Shown here: piece by piece, positions 21,798 through 29,826 of the stretch
How positions within the stretch are numbered: the stretch's first letter is position 1
Layout: each line of letters starts with the position of its first letter
NCBI GenBank assembly: GCA_963775445.1
Contig: CAVZIT010000007.1
Location: 31,086 to 95,085 of the forward strand
Origin: an uncultured Gammaproteobacteria bacterium
Lineage (GTDB): Bacteria; Pseudomonadota; Gammaproteobacteria; Xanthomonadales; Rhodanobacteraceae
Direction of reading: 5' to 3'
Length of the DNA: 64,000 bases
Made by a program: the position numbers and the translations under genes
Notes under the pieces: model-generated
The model's input: only the letters and a program-made list of their open reading frames with translations
Told to the model about the DNA's origin: nothing
The model's database searches: none

Positions 21798-22001
21798 TCA
21801 AGCAGCGACGGCGATCAGGGGCAGCTCGAATGCGCGTGAACGCAGGGCATCATCAAGGATCTCGGCGGCAAGATCGGAGCAACTGCCGCAACCATCGCCG
21901 CAACCGGTGCGGCGCGACAATTCGCCGACCGTCGCCACGCCGGCGCGGGCGGCATCGCGGATCGCGTGATCGGTTACCGCATTGCAGATGCAAACGTACA
22001 T
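21798..22001 (-). CDS. bfd: Bacterioferritin-associated ferredoxin
   Basis: MYVCICNAVTD ... CGSC [2Fe-2S] motif upstream of bfr. Confidence 0.93.
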   Translation of the reverse strand: MYVCICNAVTDHAIRDAARAGVATVGELSRRTGCGDGCGSCSDLAAEILDDALRSRAFELPLIAVAA

Positions 22002-22036
22002 CGCCGCGCAGCGTCTCTTTCCAGTGAACTGGCGTC

Positions 22037-22066
22037 AATGTAATCGCGAATGCGAATGATTGTCAA
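22037..22066 (-). promoter_or_regulatory. sigma-70 promoter of bfd-bfr with overlapping Fur-like box
   Basis: Minus strand TTGACA-18 nt-TACATT; the spacer contains AATGCGAATGATT (22049-22061), resembling a Fur box. Confidence 0.65.
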
Positions 22067-22091
22067 CCAGTACTGGCCGCCGGGGCACCTC

Positions 22092-22622
22092 TCACATCGC
22101 GGGAGCGCCGCGAGCGTCGGTTTCGCATTCCCCAAGGCGCATGTCGCACGTGCGCTCGGCCAGCGATACCAGGTGTCGAAGGGCCTGTTCATAGACGCCC
22201 CGCTTGAAGTCCACCACGTTCGTGACCGGATACCAGAAATCGACCCAGCGCCAGATGTCGAATTCCGGCTTTTCGCCAGCGTCGAGCCGGAAATCCGCCT
22301 CTTCACCGAGCAAGCGCAGCAGAAACCAGACCTGTTTCTGCCCGATGCACACCGGTCGCTGATGGTGGCGGATGAATCGCCGCGGCAAGCGATATCGCAG
22401 CCAGCCGGGTGTCGCGCCGATGACCTCGACATGAGCCGGTCGCAGTCCGGTCTCCTCCTCGAGTTCACGGTACATTGCCTCGATAGGCGTTTCGTCAGTG
22501 CGCATGCCGCCTTGCGGAAACTGCCATCCCGAACGCCCGACGCGGCGCGCCCAGAACACCTGGCCTGCCCGATTCAGCAACACGATGCCCACATTGGGGC
22601 GATATCCATCCGGATCGATCAC
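22092..22622 (-). CDS. rppH: RNA pyrophosphohydrolase
   Basis: [46 protein letters not shown]. Confidence 0.95.
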   Translation of the reverse strand: MIDPDGYRPNVGIVLLNRAGQVFWARRVGRSGWQFPQGGMRTDETPIEAMYRELEEETGLRPAHVEVIGATPGWLRYRLPRRFIRHHQRPVCIGQKQVWFLLRLLGEEADFRLDAGEKPEFDIWRWVDFWYPVTNVVDFKRGVYEQALRHLVSLAERTCDMRLGECETDARGAPAM

Positions 22623-22722
22623 GGCCCGAATTCCTCCGCGGTTTTCAGGATTCTTCCACACCGTGCGCGCAGGCGGCAAGGCAAGTCTGGGGCCATGTCG
22701 ACGCGAAGGCAGTCAATCCGGC

Positions 22723-22750
22723 TTGACACAACGACCCCGCACACTAGAAT
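22723..22750 (+). promoter_or_regulatory. sigma-70 promoter of tRNA-Met
   Basis: TTGACA-16 nt-TAGAAT followed by GC-rich discriminator CGCACGCCC. Confidence 0.8.
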
Positions 22751-22785
22751 CGCACGCCCTCCCGATATCACTTGCGCGATCGCGC

Positions 22786-22862
22786 GGCTATGTAGCTCAG
22801 CCGGTTAGAGCACAGCACTCATAATGCTGGGGTCGGTGGTTCGAGTCCACCCATAGCCACCA
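22786..22862 (+). tRNA. tRNA-Met (CAT), elongator type
   Basis: GGCTATG/CATAGCC acceptor stem, D arm TAGCTCAG..GG.TTAGAGCA, anticodon arm CAGCA-CTCATAA-TGCTG, T loop GGTTCGAGTCC, encoded CCA. Confidence 0.95.
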
Positions 22863-23107
22863 AATCTGTCACGCGGGCTCCCGCCCGATGCTTCGATCAG
22901 TGCGGCCGTGTTCGCTTGTTCGCACCGTCTACGTTCCGCATTTGGCCAAATGGTTCCGAATCGACGTCAGGTTGCGCGGCCGAATCGAATCGAGCCGCCG
23001 CAGCGCCATGCCACTTTTAAGGCAGCTTCGCTCCAGTCGAGGATGGCGTGATAAAACGAAATGCAACTTCGTATCCTTCGCCAGACCCGCACCAACTGAG
23101 CCAGCTC

Positions 23108-24319
23108 ATGGATTTGAAAAGCGGCTACCCCTACTGGGCTGTCAAAAACGGGCTGATGCAAGCCTTTCCCCGGCTCGTCTCGCATCAGTCGTGCGAGATC
23201 GCCATCGTCGGAGGCGGCATAACAGGTGCCCTCGTCGCACGGGAGCTGGCCGAAAATGGCCATGATGTAGTCGTGGTCGAGCAGCGCGATATTGCCTGGG
23301 GCAGCACCGCGGCCAGCACGGCGTTGTTGCAGTATGAAATCGACACGTCGATGCGAGACCTGACGAAGCGTTATGGCGAAAGAAATGCCGCGCTTGCGTA
23401 CCGATCCTGTGCCGACGCCATATCGTTGTTGCAGCGCCTTGCAGCCACAGTGCGCGGGGTTGGCTTCGCGCCCATGCGAAGTTTGTACTACGCCAGCCGC
23501 AAAGCCCACGTCGCCGCGCTCCGGGACGAACTGGCGTTGCGGAAGAAGCATGGATTCGTCGCGAATTGGCTTGACGCAACTCAGCTGTGGAAGACGTATG
23601 GGTTGCGTGCGCCCGGAGCGATCCTGACGCAAGTTGCAGCGCGCGTCGATCCGTATCGACTGACATATCGAATACTTGGGGGCCTTTCGCGCAAGGGGAC
23701 CCGCGTCTTCGATCGATCCCAGGTCATGCAAATTTCTTGCGGCTCTCGCCGGTTCACGCTGTCTACGCAGGAGGGCACGCTGTCGGCGAAACATGTCGTC
23801 ATCGCGGCAGGCTATTCCAGCCAGGCGTGGCTGAGCGTAAAGGTGGCACGCAACCGCAGCAGCTATGCCTTCATCACCGATCCATTGCCCGACGCCGCGC
23901 TGGGTTCTTTCAAGAAGACCATGGTGTGGGAATCAGCACGCCCGTATCTCTACATGAGGTCGACGTCGGATGGACGTCTTCTTGTCGGAGGAGAAGACGA
24001 CGCGATCGATGTGCCGACCAAACGCGATGCAAAGGTCGACGCGAAAGCACAAACGCTGGTCGAAAAGGTTGGCCGCGCAATACCGGAGCTGATCCTGGAG
24101 CCCGCATTCGCATGGGCCGGAACGTTCGCTGAAACAGCGGATGGCTTGCCGTTTTTTGGAACTCATCCGCAATGGGGACCGCGGGTCTATTTCGCCATGG
24201 CCTATGGAGGAAATGGAATTACCTACAGTGCGCTTGGAGCGGGAATCATCCGCGCAGCCGTGGAACGTCGCCGACACAAACTCGCGAGATTGTTTTCGTT
24301 CCGACGGTTGGACGCATGA
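23108..24319 (+). CDS. FAD-dependent oxidoreductase (DAO family)
   Basis: IAIVGGGITG FAD motif, GSTAASTALLQYEID, TADGLPFFG, AYGGNGITYS. Confidence 0.88.
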   Translation: MDLKSGYPYWAVKNGLMQAFPRLVSHQSCEIAIVGGGITGALVARELAENGHDVVVVEQRDIAWGSTAASTALLQYEIDTSMRDLTKRYGERNAALAYRSCADAISLLQRLAATVRGVGFAPMRSLYYASRKAHVAALRDELALRKKHGFVANWLDATQLWKTYGLRAPGAILTQVAARVDPYRLTYRILGGLSRKGTRVFDRSQVMQISCGSRRFTLSTQEGTLSAKHVVIAAGYSSQAWLSVKVARNRSSYAFITDPLPDAALGSFKKTMVWESARPYLYMRSTSDGRLLVGGEDDAIDVPTKRDAKVDAKAQTLVEKVGRAIPELILEPAFAWAGTFAETADGLPFFGTHPQWGPRVYFAMAYGGNGITYSALGAGIIRAAVERRRHKLARLFSFRRLDA

Positions 24320-24463
24320 CTGGACCGGCGCGGTCCGCAGGTAAGGAAGATGAGTTCTGCGTGAATCGCCATCCGCAAATCCGGGCTCGTATTCAGCCGC
24401 TCTCAGACATGCTTGAGTGGAAGGATCAGCCAATTCCGGCTGATGAGCAAAGGAGCATGCAAG

Positions 24464-24805
24464 ATGGTGAATACGGCGATGTATCTCTCCGCGACGACGC
24501 TGATCGGCGACAAGGTCGAAAACCCGCAAGGCGATTCGCTCGGCGATCTCAAGGAAATCATGCTCGACACCGCGGGAGGAAAGATCGCCTACGGCGTTCT
24601 TTCGTTTGGCGGCATCTTGGGGATGGGCGACAAACTTTTTGCAGTCCCGTGGAGTGCGCTGACGATTGATCACGAAGGTCACAAGCTGATTCTCGATTCC
24701 AGCAAAGAGCGGCTGAAGGATGCGCCTGGATTCGACAAGAGCAACTGGCCCAATTTTGCCGACCCGACGTTCGCCGACAAGGTAAGCGCGTATTACGCCC
24801 GATGA
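24464..24805 (+). CDS. PRC-barrel domain protein
   Basis: LSATTLIGDKVENPQGDSLGDLKEIMLD...IAYGVLSFGGILGMGDKLFAVPWSAL. Confidence 0.9.
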   Translation: MVNTAMYLSATTLIGDKVENPQGDSLGDLKEIMLDTAGGKIAYGVLSFGGILGMGDKLFAVPWSALTIDHEGHKLILDSSKERLKDAPGFDKSNWPNFADPTFADKVSAYYAR

Positions 24806-25110
24806 CCTGACCTGACAAGGAAGAGCGATGCCGCTGCAAAGGCACGCTGGCGTCGATGGACCTCCTTCTCAGCTGTGCCCAATCAGCCTCGTTCTGACGT
24901 TTTGCGTTGGAGGCTTCCCGATCCCGGCGATTTGGCGCGCGCACCACTGGAAATCCGGGAAAGCTCTGAACAAACCCATTCTGGCGTTGCCAGAGCACGC
25001 CGAGTTCGGCGCATGTCCGGACTCGGTTCCGCCAAATCAAGCGCTCGTGCGCTGGATTTGCGGTGGGCCGTCCTTGGCCCGCGGAAACTTTGATCAAATT
25101 CAGAGTTCCG

Positions 25111-26094
25111 CTAGCGCAGCACCTTCAATACGAAGCGTTCCAGTTTTCGAGGCTGATGGGCGAGTTCGGCGGGCGCGCGGCGTAGGGTGTTGCCCTCGGC
25201 CCAGTCCGAAAATACCTTTGGATGGATGTAGGAGTTGCGGCAAACGGCCGGCGAGTTGCCGAGCGCGCGGGCCACTTCCTTGGTGGCAGCAACGACCATC
25301 GCCTCCGGAGTCGCTTTTTCCTCTTCTGCACGTTGGCGCAGCAGCGCGGCGACCATCAATTGGGTGCCGCCCCAGGTGCGAAAGTCCTTGGCCGTAAACC
25401 CGTTGCCGATGGCGTCTTGCAGGTAGTCGTTGATCATTCCGGAGTCGATGCGATGACGTCGTCCTTCTTCGTCGATGTACTGGAACAAAGCTTGCCCGGG
25501 AAGGTCCTGGCAACGACGCAGCAAGCGGATCAGGCGCCGATTGTCCAGCGCAATATCCTGCGACTGGCCGCTCTTGCCGATGAATTTCAGTCGGGCTCGC
25601 CCATCGCGAAGAAAGCGAAGGTGCCTGGCGCGCAACGTCGACAGCCCATAGGAGTGATTGGCCCGCAAGTAAGCATCGTTGCCGATGCGGATCAAGGTCC
25701 GCGCCATGAGGCTGATTGCCACCGCCAGTACCTTTTCTCGAGGCAGGCCTTTGCGGGCGAGATCCCGCCGCAGGCGGCGTCGCAGTTTGGGTAGCTGTTT
25801 CGCAAAATCCGCAATGCGCTGGAATTTGTCTTGCCCCCTTCTGCTGGTCCAACCGGCATGATAGCGATACTGCTTTCTTCCCTTCGCATCACGGCCGGTC
25901 GCCTGAAGGTGGCCCCGCGGGTCGGCACAAATCCACACGTCACTCCAGGCGGGCGGGATCACGATCGCGCGAATTCGCTCAAGCGTCCGGCGCGACGAAA
26001 TGCGTTGTCCGCGTGCATTTCGGTAGACATATCCGGTTCCCTGGCGCCGGCGTCGAATCCCGGGCGCCTGATCAGTTACGTGGATCAGCCTCAC
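25111..26094 (-). CDS. Bacterial DNA topoisomerase IB
   Basis: GRDAKGRKQYRYH, IRIGN, GLSTLRARH, FIGKSG, AKDFRTWGGT, LGNSPAVCRNSYIHP (catalytic Tyr). Confidence 0.93.
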   Translation of the reverse strand: MRLIHVTDQAPGIRRRRQGTGYVYRNARGQRISSRRTLERIRAIVIPPAWSDVWICADPRGHLQATGRDAKGRKQYRYHAGWTSRRGQDKFQRIADFAKQLPKLRRRLRRDLARKGLPREKVLAVAISLMARTLIRIGNDAYLRANHSYGLSTLRARHLRFLRDGRARLKFIGKSGQSQDIALDNRRLIRLLRRCQDLPGQALFQYIDEEGRRHRIDSGMINDYLQDAIGNGFTAKDFRTWGGTQLMVAALLRQRAEEEKATPEAMVVAATKEVARALGNSPAVCRNSYIHPKVFSDWAEGNTLRRAPAELAHQPRKLERFVLKVLR

Positions 26095-26464
26095 GTCTCA
26101 CTTTCCTTCTCTATGATTGGCGAGGGAACAAGCAGCGGGATGAAGAAGATCAAGCAGGACTCGAGTCTGGCGAGGCGGGACTGAACGCGGGGCTGTCACC
26201 GGAATCATTCTTCCGACTCCGCTGTCCCACACCGCGGTCAGCGGGATCAACCAGCAGTTCCGGATTTGCCCGGACCCCGTTATGAATCCCCATTGGCGCG
26301 GCAACCGCGTGGCGCCGTATCCCATCCAGGCCGGACGCAGCCCGAATTGCGTTTCTCGCCCGAAATTGCGGCTTTGCGGCAACTCCGTGCTTGTCTCTAC
26401 ATGATTGTTTCTACTTGCAATTATTTAACGTATGCGCTCCGTAGCGGGATGATCACATCAGATA

Positions 26465-26479
26465 TGTTGCATTGCAACA
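26465..26479. promoter_or_regulatory. Palindromic operator upstream of phasin (PhaR-like)
   Basis: Perfect inverted repeat TGTTGCA-T-TGCAACA with TGC-N3-GCA core, 55 nt before the phasin ATG. Confidence 0.55.
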
Positions 26480-26534
26480 AAATGTCTGATAGAGTGCTCC
26501 CACTTTCCGGCAAACCCCAAGCGAGGCAATCAAT

Positions 26535-26930
26535 ATGTTTGATCAGATCAATTCACAGGCCATGGCCTTCAGCAAGAGCTACACCGACACCATCGCCAAG
26601 ATGCAGAGCCTGACCATGGAAGGCTTCGAGCGCATCGCCGCCGTCCAGATGAAGGCTTTCGAAAACCGCATGAACGCCGCCGTCGAGTTCTGCTCCGAGG
26701 CCTCCGAAGTGCGCGATTTCGAAGGTGCGAAGGCCATCTGGCCGAAAGGCATCCAGCTGGCCAAGGACAACGCCGAGACGCTTTACGCGACCGGTCAGGA
26801 AGTCGTCGGCGTCACGCTCAAGACCAATGAAGCAATCGGCGAGCTGGTCAAGGGCTCGATCGACAGCGCCAATGACAGCGTGACACGCCAGGTCAAGGCT
26901 GCGACCACGAACGCCAAGAAGGCGCGCTGA
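26535..26930 (+). CDS. Phasin family protein (PHA granule-associated)
   Basis: Amphipathic helical protein, EGFERIAAVQMKAFE...EVRDFEGAKAIWPKG, basic C-tail; upstream TGC-N3-GCA site. Confidence 0.75.
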   Translation: MFDQINSQAMAFSKSYTDTIAKMQSLTMEGFERIAAVQMKAFENRMNAAVEFCSEASEVRDFEGAKAIWPKGIQLAKDNAETLYATGQEVVGVTLKTNEAIGELVKGSIDSANDSVTRQVKAATTNAKKAR

Positions 26931-27011
26931 ACCCAATCGGCACGTCCCATACATAATAAATAGAGCGGAACAACGCCGCCGCGTTCTCTCCCCCACGCGG
27001 CGATGTTGACT

Positions 27012-27048
27012 AAAGGCCGAATGAGCAACTCATTCGGCCTTTTTCTTT
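27012..27048 (+). terminator. Rho-independent terminator after phasin
   Basis: AAAGGCCGAATGAG-CAA-CTCATTCGGCCTTT followed by a T tract. Confidence 0.85.
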
Positions 27049-27239
27049 GCCCATCCGGCGCCCCGATTTCCTCGATCGTGCGCGTGACGTCTTCGGACCC
27101 CCCGACGAGGCGAATTGCTTCGATCTGACCCTTGTCGTCATTTTCCGACAGGTCGCGTTGTCAGAAATATTGACAAATGCGATCGACAGATGAAGTGACA
27201 AAGCGTTCCAAAGCCTTGCCCACAGCGGATTTCAGGGTC

Positions 27240-27255
27240 TGGCACGCCGCTTGCT
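27240..27255 (+). promoter_or_regulatory. sigma-54 (-24/-12) promoter, copy A
   Basis: TGGCACG-CCGC-TTGCT, an exact match to the TGGCACG-N4-TTGCW consensus, about 54 nt before the ATG. Confidence 0.85.
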
Positions 27256-27308
27256 CTTGGCCATATCACCAAACCAGACACCACCAGACCAAACCGGGAG
27301 CAGTCATC

Positions 27309-27494
27309 ATGAGCAGCGTAGCCGCCCTGAACTTCAAGCCTTTCTTTCTGCGTCACGACCTGATGATGGAACTCGGACGTCTCGAAATGGCCATCGAAAA
27401 CGCCCGCGATTGGCCAGCCGCAAACGACTCGGTCGGTCGACTCGAATCACGATTCGCAAAAATCAATGATGCGCTGAACAAGCTGCCCGCCTGA
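27309..27494 (+). CDS. Conserved 61-aa helical protein of unknown function, copy A
   Basis: MSSVAALNFKPFFLRHDLMMELGRLEMAIENARDWPAANDSVGRLESRFAKINDALNKLPA; GGGAG RBS; paralog differs mostly at synonymous sites. Confidence 0.85.
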   Translation: MSSVAALNFKPFFLRHDLMMELGRLEMAIENARDWPAANDSVGRLESRFAKINDALNKLPA

Positions 27495-27518
27495 CCGCTC
27501 AGCCGGGGGGACAGGGGC

Positions 27519-27550
27519 CGGGGCCGCGCTTTGCGCGGCCCCGTTTTTTT
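27519..27550 (+). terminator. Rho-independent terminator, copy A
   Basis: CGGGGCCGCGC-TTT-GCGCGGCCCCG-T7. Confidence 0.9.
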
Positions 27551-27608
27551 GGGAATCCAGCCAAATTCCGCCGGCCGCGCGTCACCCGCATCCGTAGGCG
27601 ATGGGCAT
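27551..27608 (-). pseudogene. 5' remnant of the MAPEG gene
   Basis: ATG CCC ATC GCC TAC GGA TGC GGG TGA (MPIAYGCG*) versus intact MPIAYWCI at 29206; upstream sequence also homologous. Confidence 0.6.
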
Positions 27609-27787
27609 GACGGTACTCCAGTTGGACTTGCCCCATCACCACCGAGCCGGACGTGCAATGCCAATCCCAATCCCGCTTTGAAGGATGGATTCAATCGGCG
27701 CCCTGGATCCAGAAATAGCGCCTTTTGCCGGGGGTGAGCCCAGGTGTAGCGTCGATGCCAAACGTGAATCGCACAGGAGGGATCGTC

Positions 27788-28199
27788 ATGCGCATGGTTT
27801 CCTTGAGCACCTTGGCAAGCCTGTTCTGCGTCGTCGCGGTCTGCGCGGCTCCCACCATCGCGTTGGGCGCCAACGCACCGTTTCATGACTCCGCCGCCAC
27901 GCTGGGCCGAAGTACGCAATAACGTTACCGGATCCCACGTTGGTGCGATCGGCAATCTTGTGGGGACTGTTCAACAAGGCAGGATACGATTTGACCGGAG
28001 GAAACGAGGTGCCCGGAATGATCGCCTATCGCCAGCTCCATGAGAGCGACGATCCTTACGATCCGAAGTTCGAGTGGCGCATTTCGCCAAACCCGTCCGG
28101 CACCACGACAGTCGGGCCTCTGCTTCCGGACAAGACAGCAAGCCGCGGCGAGCCAAGCCCTCGAACACGCCCGATCAACAACAGGGTCCGTTCTACTAA
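27788..28199 (+). pseudogene. Secreted protein of unknown function, copy A (two apparent 1-nt deletions; about 137 aa if repaired)
   Basis: Signal peptide then GANAPFHDS; frame breaks at GGG 27904-06 and CC 28153-54; restoring one base at each gives end-to-end alignment with copy B. Confidence 0.65.
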
Positions 28200-28220
28200 G
28201 CGCTATCTTCGCCGCAACCG

Positions 28221-28256
28221 AGCCGCTCCCGGAATCGATCGGCGCGGCTTTTTCTT
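28221..28256 (+). terminator. Terminator after secreted ORF A (imperfect stem)
   Basis: AGCCGCTCCCGG-AATCGA-TCGGCGCGGCT-TTTTC; degenerate version of 29789-29826. Confidence 0.6.
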
Positions 28257-28494
28257 GCGGGGGACACGGGACGGCGTCGTGCTTTGCGCGGCGTATTTTT
28301 TAGGCGCCTTTTTTCTCGAACGCGTTTCGCATGCGTTCCCGGAAGCCGTTCACATTTCCGGTTTGACGTGGTTCCCGATCTGACCTTTCTGGTCATTTTG
28401 CGACAGGGCGCGACGTCGCGAATGGACGCGAACGCGACCAGCCGAGTATGTGACAAAACGTTGTAACATGTTGTTTAAATTATGTTTCTTATGA

Positions 28495-28510
28495 TGGCAC
28501 GCCCTTTGCT
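28495..28510 (+). promoter_or_regulatory. sigma-54 (-24/-12) promoter, copy B
   Basis: TGGCACG-CCCT-TTGCT exact consensus; AT-rich tract immediately upstream. Confidence 0.85.
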
Positions 28511-28557
28511 TTGGTCATAGCACCAAATTGAATCAGACCAGACCAGGAGCGAACATC

Positions 28558-28743
28558 ATGAGCAGTGTAGCCGCGTTGAACTTCAAGCCGTTCTTTCTCC
28601 GCCATGACCTGATGATGGAGCTCGGACGCCTCGAAATGGCCATCGAAAATGCACGTGAGCGACCGGCCGCAAACGACACCGTAGGTCGTCTCGAATCGCG
28701 CTTCGCCAAGATCAATGACGCGCTGAACAAGCTTCCTGCCTGA
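28558..28743 (+). CDS. Conserved 61-aa helical protein of unknown function, copy B
   Basis: 58/61 aa identical to 27309-27494; AGGAG RBS. Confidence 0.85.
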   Translation: MSSVAALNFKPFFLRHDLMMELGRLEMAIENARERPAANDTVGRLESRFAKINDALNKLPA

Positions 28744-28765
28744 CGATCAACCGGGGAACAGGGGT

Positions 28766-28799
28766 CGGGGCCGCGCATTGCGCGGCCCCGTTTTTTTTT
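28766..28799 (+). terminator. Rho-independent terminator, copy B
   Basis: CGGGGCCGCGC-ATT-GCGCGGCCCCG-T9. Confidence 0.9.
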
Positions 28800-28822
28800 G
28801 CGACAGAAGCGCGGCTTGCGCT

Positions 28823-29206
28823 TCAGGCGCAGGCTGCGCTGACGAACAAGGCGATCACGCAGAGCAACGCAAGGCCCCAGACCACGCTGCGCAAGGTTGC
28901 CTGGTTCGCGATATAGCACGCGCCATACGCCAGTCGCAGCGCGACGAATGCGAGCGCGAGCGCGTCGATGCGTCCCTGCGCCACGTGCAGTTGCTCGGCG
29001 ACCAGCACGGCCGCGGCGAACGGGGCGAATGCCTCGAGCGAATTCAGATGCGCCCAGTGCGCACGCGCTGGCGCACCCTGCAAACGCGCCTGAAAGTCGC
29101 GTGGCGCGGCATTGTCGAACTGGCGCCGCCCGAGCCCCTTGGCGATCGCAGTAAACAAGAGTGGCAGCAAAGCGGCGGCGAGAATGCACCAATAGGCGAT
29201 CGGCAT
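28823..29206 (-). CDS. MAPEG family membrane protein
   Basis: MPIAYWCILAAALLP...DNAAPRDF...RAHWAHLNSLEAFAPFAAAV...FVALRLAY. Confidence 0.88.
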   Translation of the reverse strand: MPIAYWCILAAALLPLLFTAIAKGLGRRQFDNAAPRDFQARLQGAPARAHWAHLNSLEAFAPFAAAVLVAEQLHVAQGRIDALALAFVALRLAYGACYIANQATLRSVVWGLALLCVIALFVSAACA

Positions 29207-29363
29207 AAGGCGACTCCGGTTGGTCTAATCCTTCATCATCGTCGAGCGCGGCGTCGGACGCCATCCGCCTCTACGCCGCGGGCGCGAAGGCGACGCGATT
29301 GCGGGCGGTGCAGCGAGCGGCGTAACGTCGATGACGGATTTCGTCCGCAGCGAGGAATCGATC

Positions 29364-29767
29364 ATGCGTATGCGCTATCCGACTCTGCTGGGTTTGCTTT
29401 GCATTGCTGTCCTTGGTGTAGCTCCTTCACCGGTCCGGGGCGCCAACGCGCCTTTCTACGATTCCTCTGAAGCCGCCACGTGGCCAAGCAACATGAATTT
29501 CACTTCGCCGGAGGATGATGCGCGACCGGGCGAGAAGTTTTTCCTGTATGGCGCCCGAGCGCTGACGGCGGACATCAGATGGGCGGATCGGTTGCCTATC
29601 AGCAGCTTCACGAAAGTGACAGTCCCTACGACCCGAAATTCGAGTGGCGCCTGTCGCCGAACCCGACTGGCACCGCAACGGTCGGCCCGTTGTTGCCCGA
29701 CACGGCGAAGAGTGGCGATGACACGAAACTGTCAAATACGCCCGATCGGCAGCAGCATCCGTTCTAG
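29364..29767 (+). pseudogene. Secreted protein of unknown function, copy B (one apparent 1-nt deletion; about 134 aa if repaired)
   Basis: Signal peptide then GANAPFYDS; adding one G at 29567-68 gives LTGGHQMGGSVAYQQLHESD, matching copy A LTGGNEVPGMIAYRQLHESD. Confidence 0.65.
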
Positions 29768-29788
29768 GCGCTGGTTTCGCCGCAATCG

Positions 29789-29826
29789 AGCCGCTCCCGA
29801 ATTCGATCGGGAGCGGCTTTTTCTTG
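29789..29826 (+). terminator. Terminator after secreted ORF B
   Basis: AGCCGCTCCCGA-ATTCGA-TCGGGAGCGGCT followed by T tract. Confidence 0.85.

Larger units (their letters stand above)
27110..28260 (+). repeat. Tandem-duplicated cassette, copy A
   Basis: Homologous to 28370-29830 in promoter, small ORF, terminators, MAPEG 5' end and secreted ORF. Confidence 0.85.

Noticed and set aside
22863-26530. Prophage or ICE integrated at tRNA-Met
   Set aside because: No integrase, att duplication, or phage/conjugation genes found
27261-27300. ACCA-rich 5' leader of the 61-aa gene (five ACCA in copy A, three in copy B)
   Set aside because: Consistent with an ordinary unstructured C/A-rich translational leader; spacing not conserved between copies
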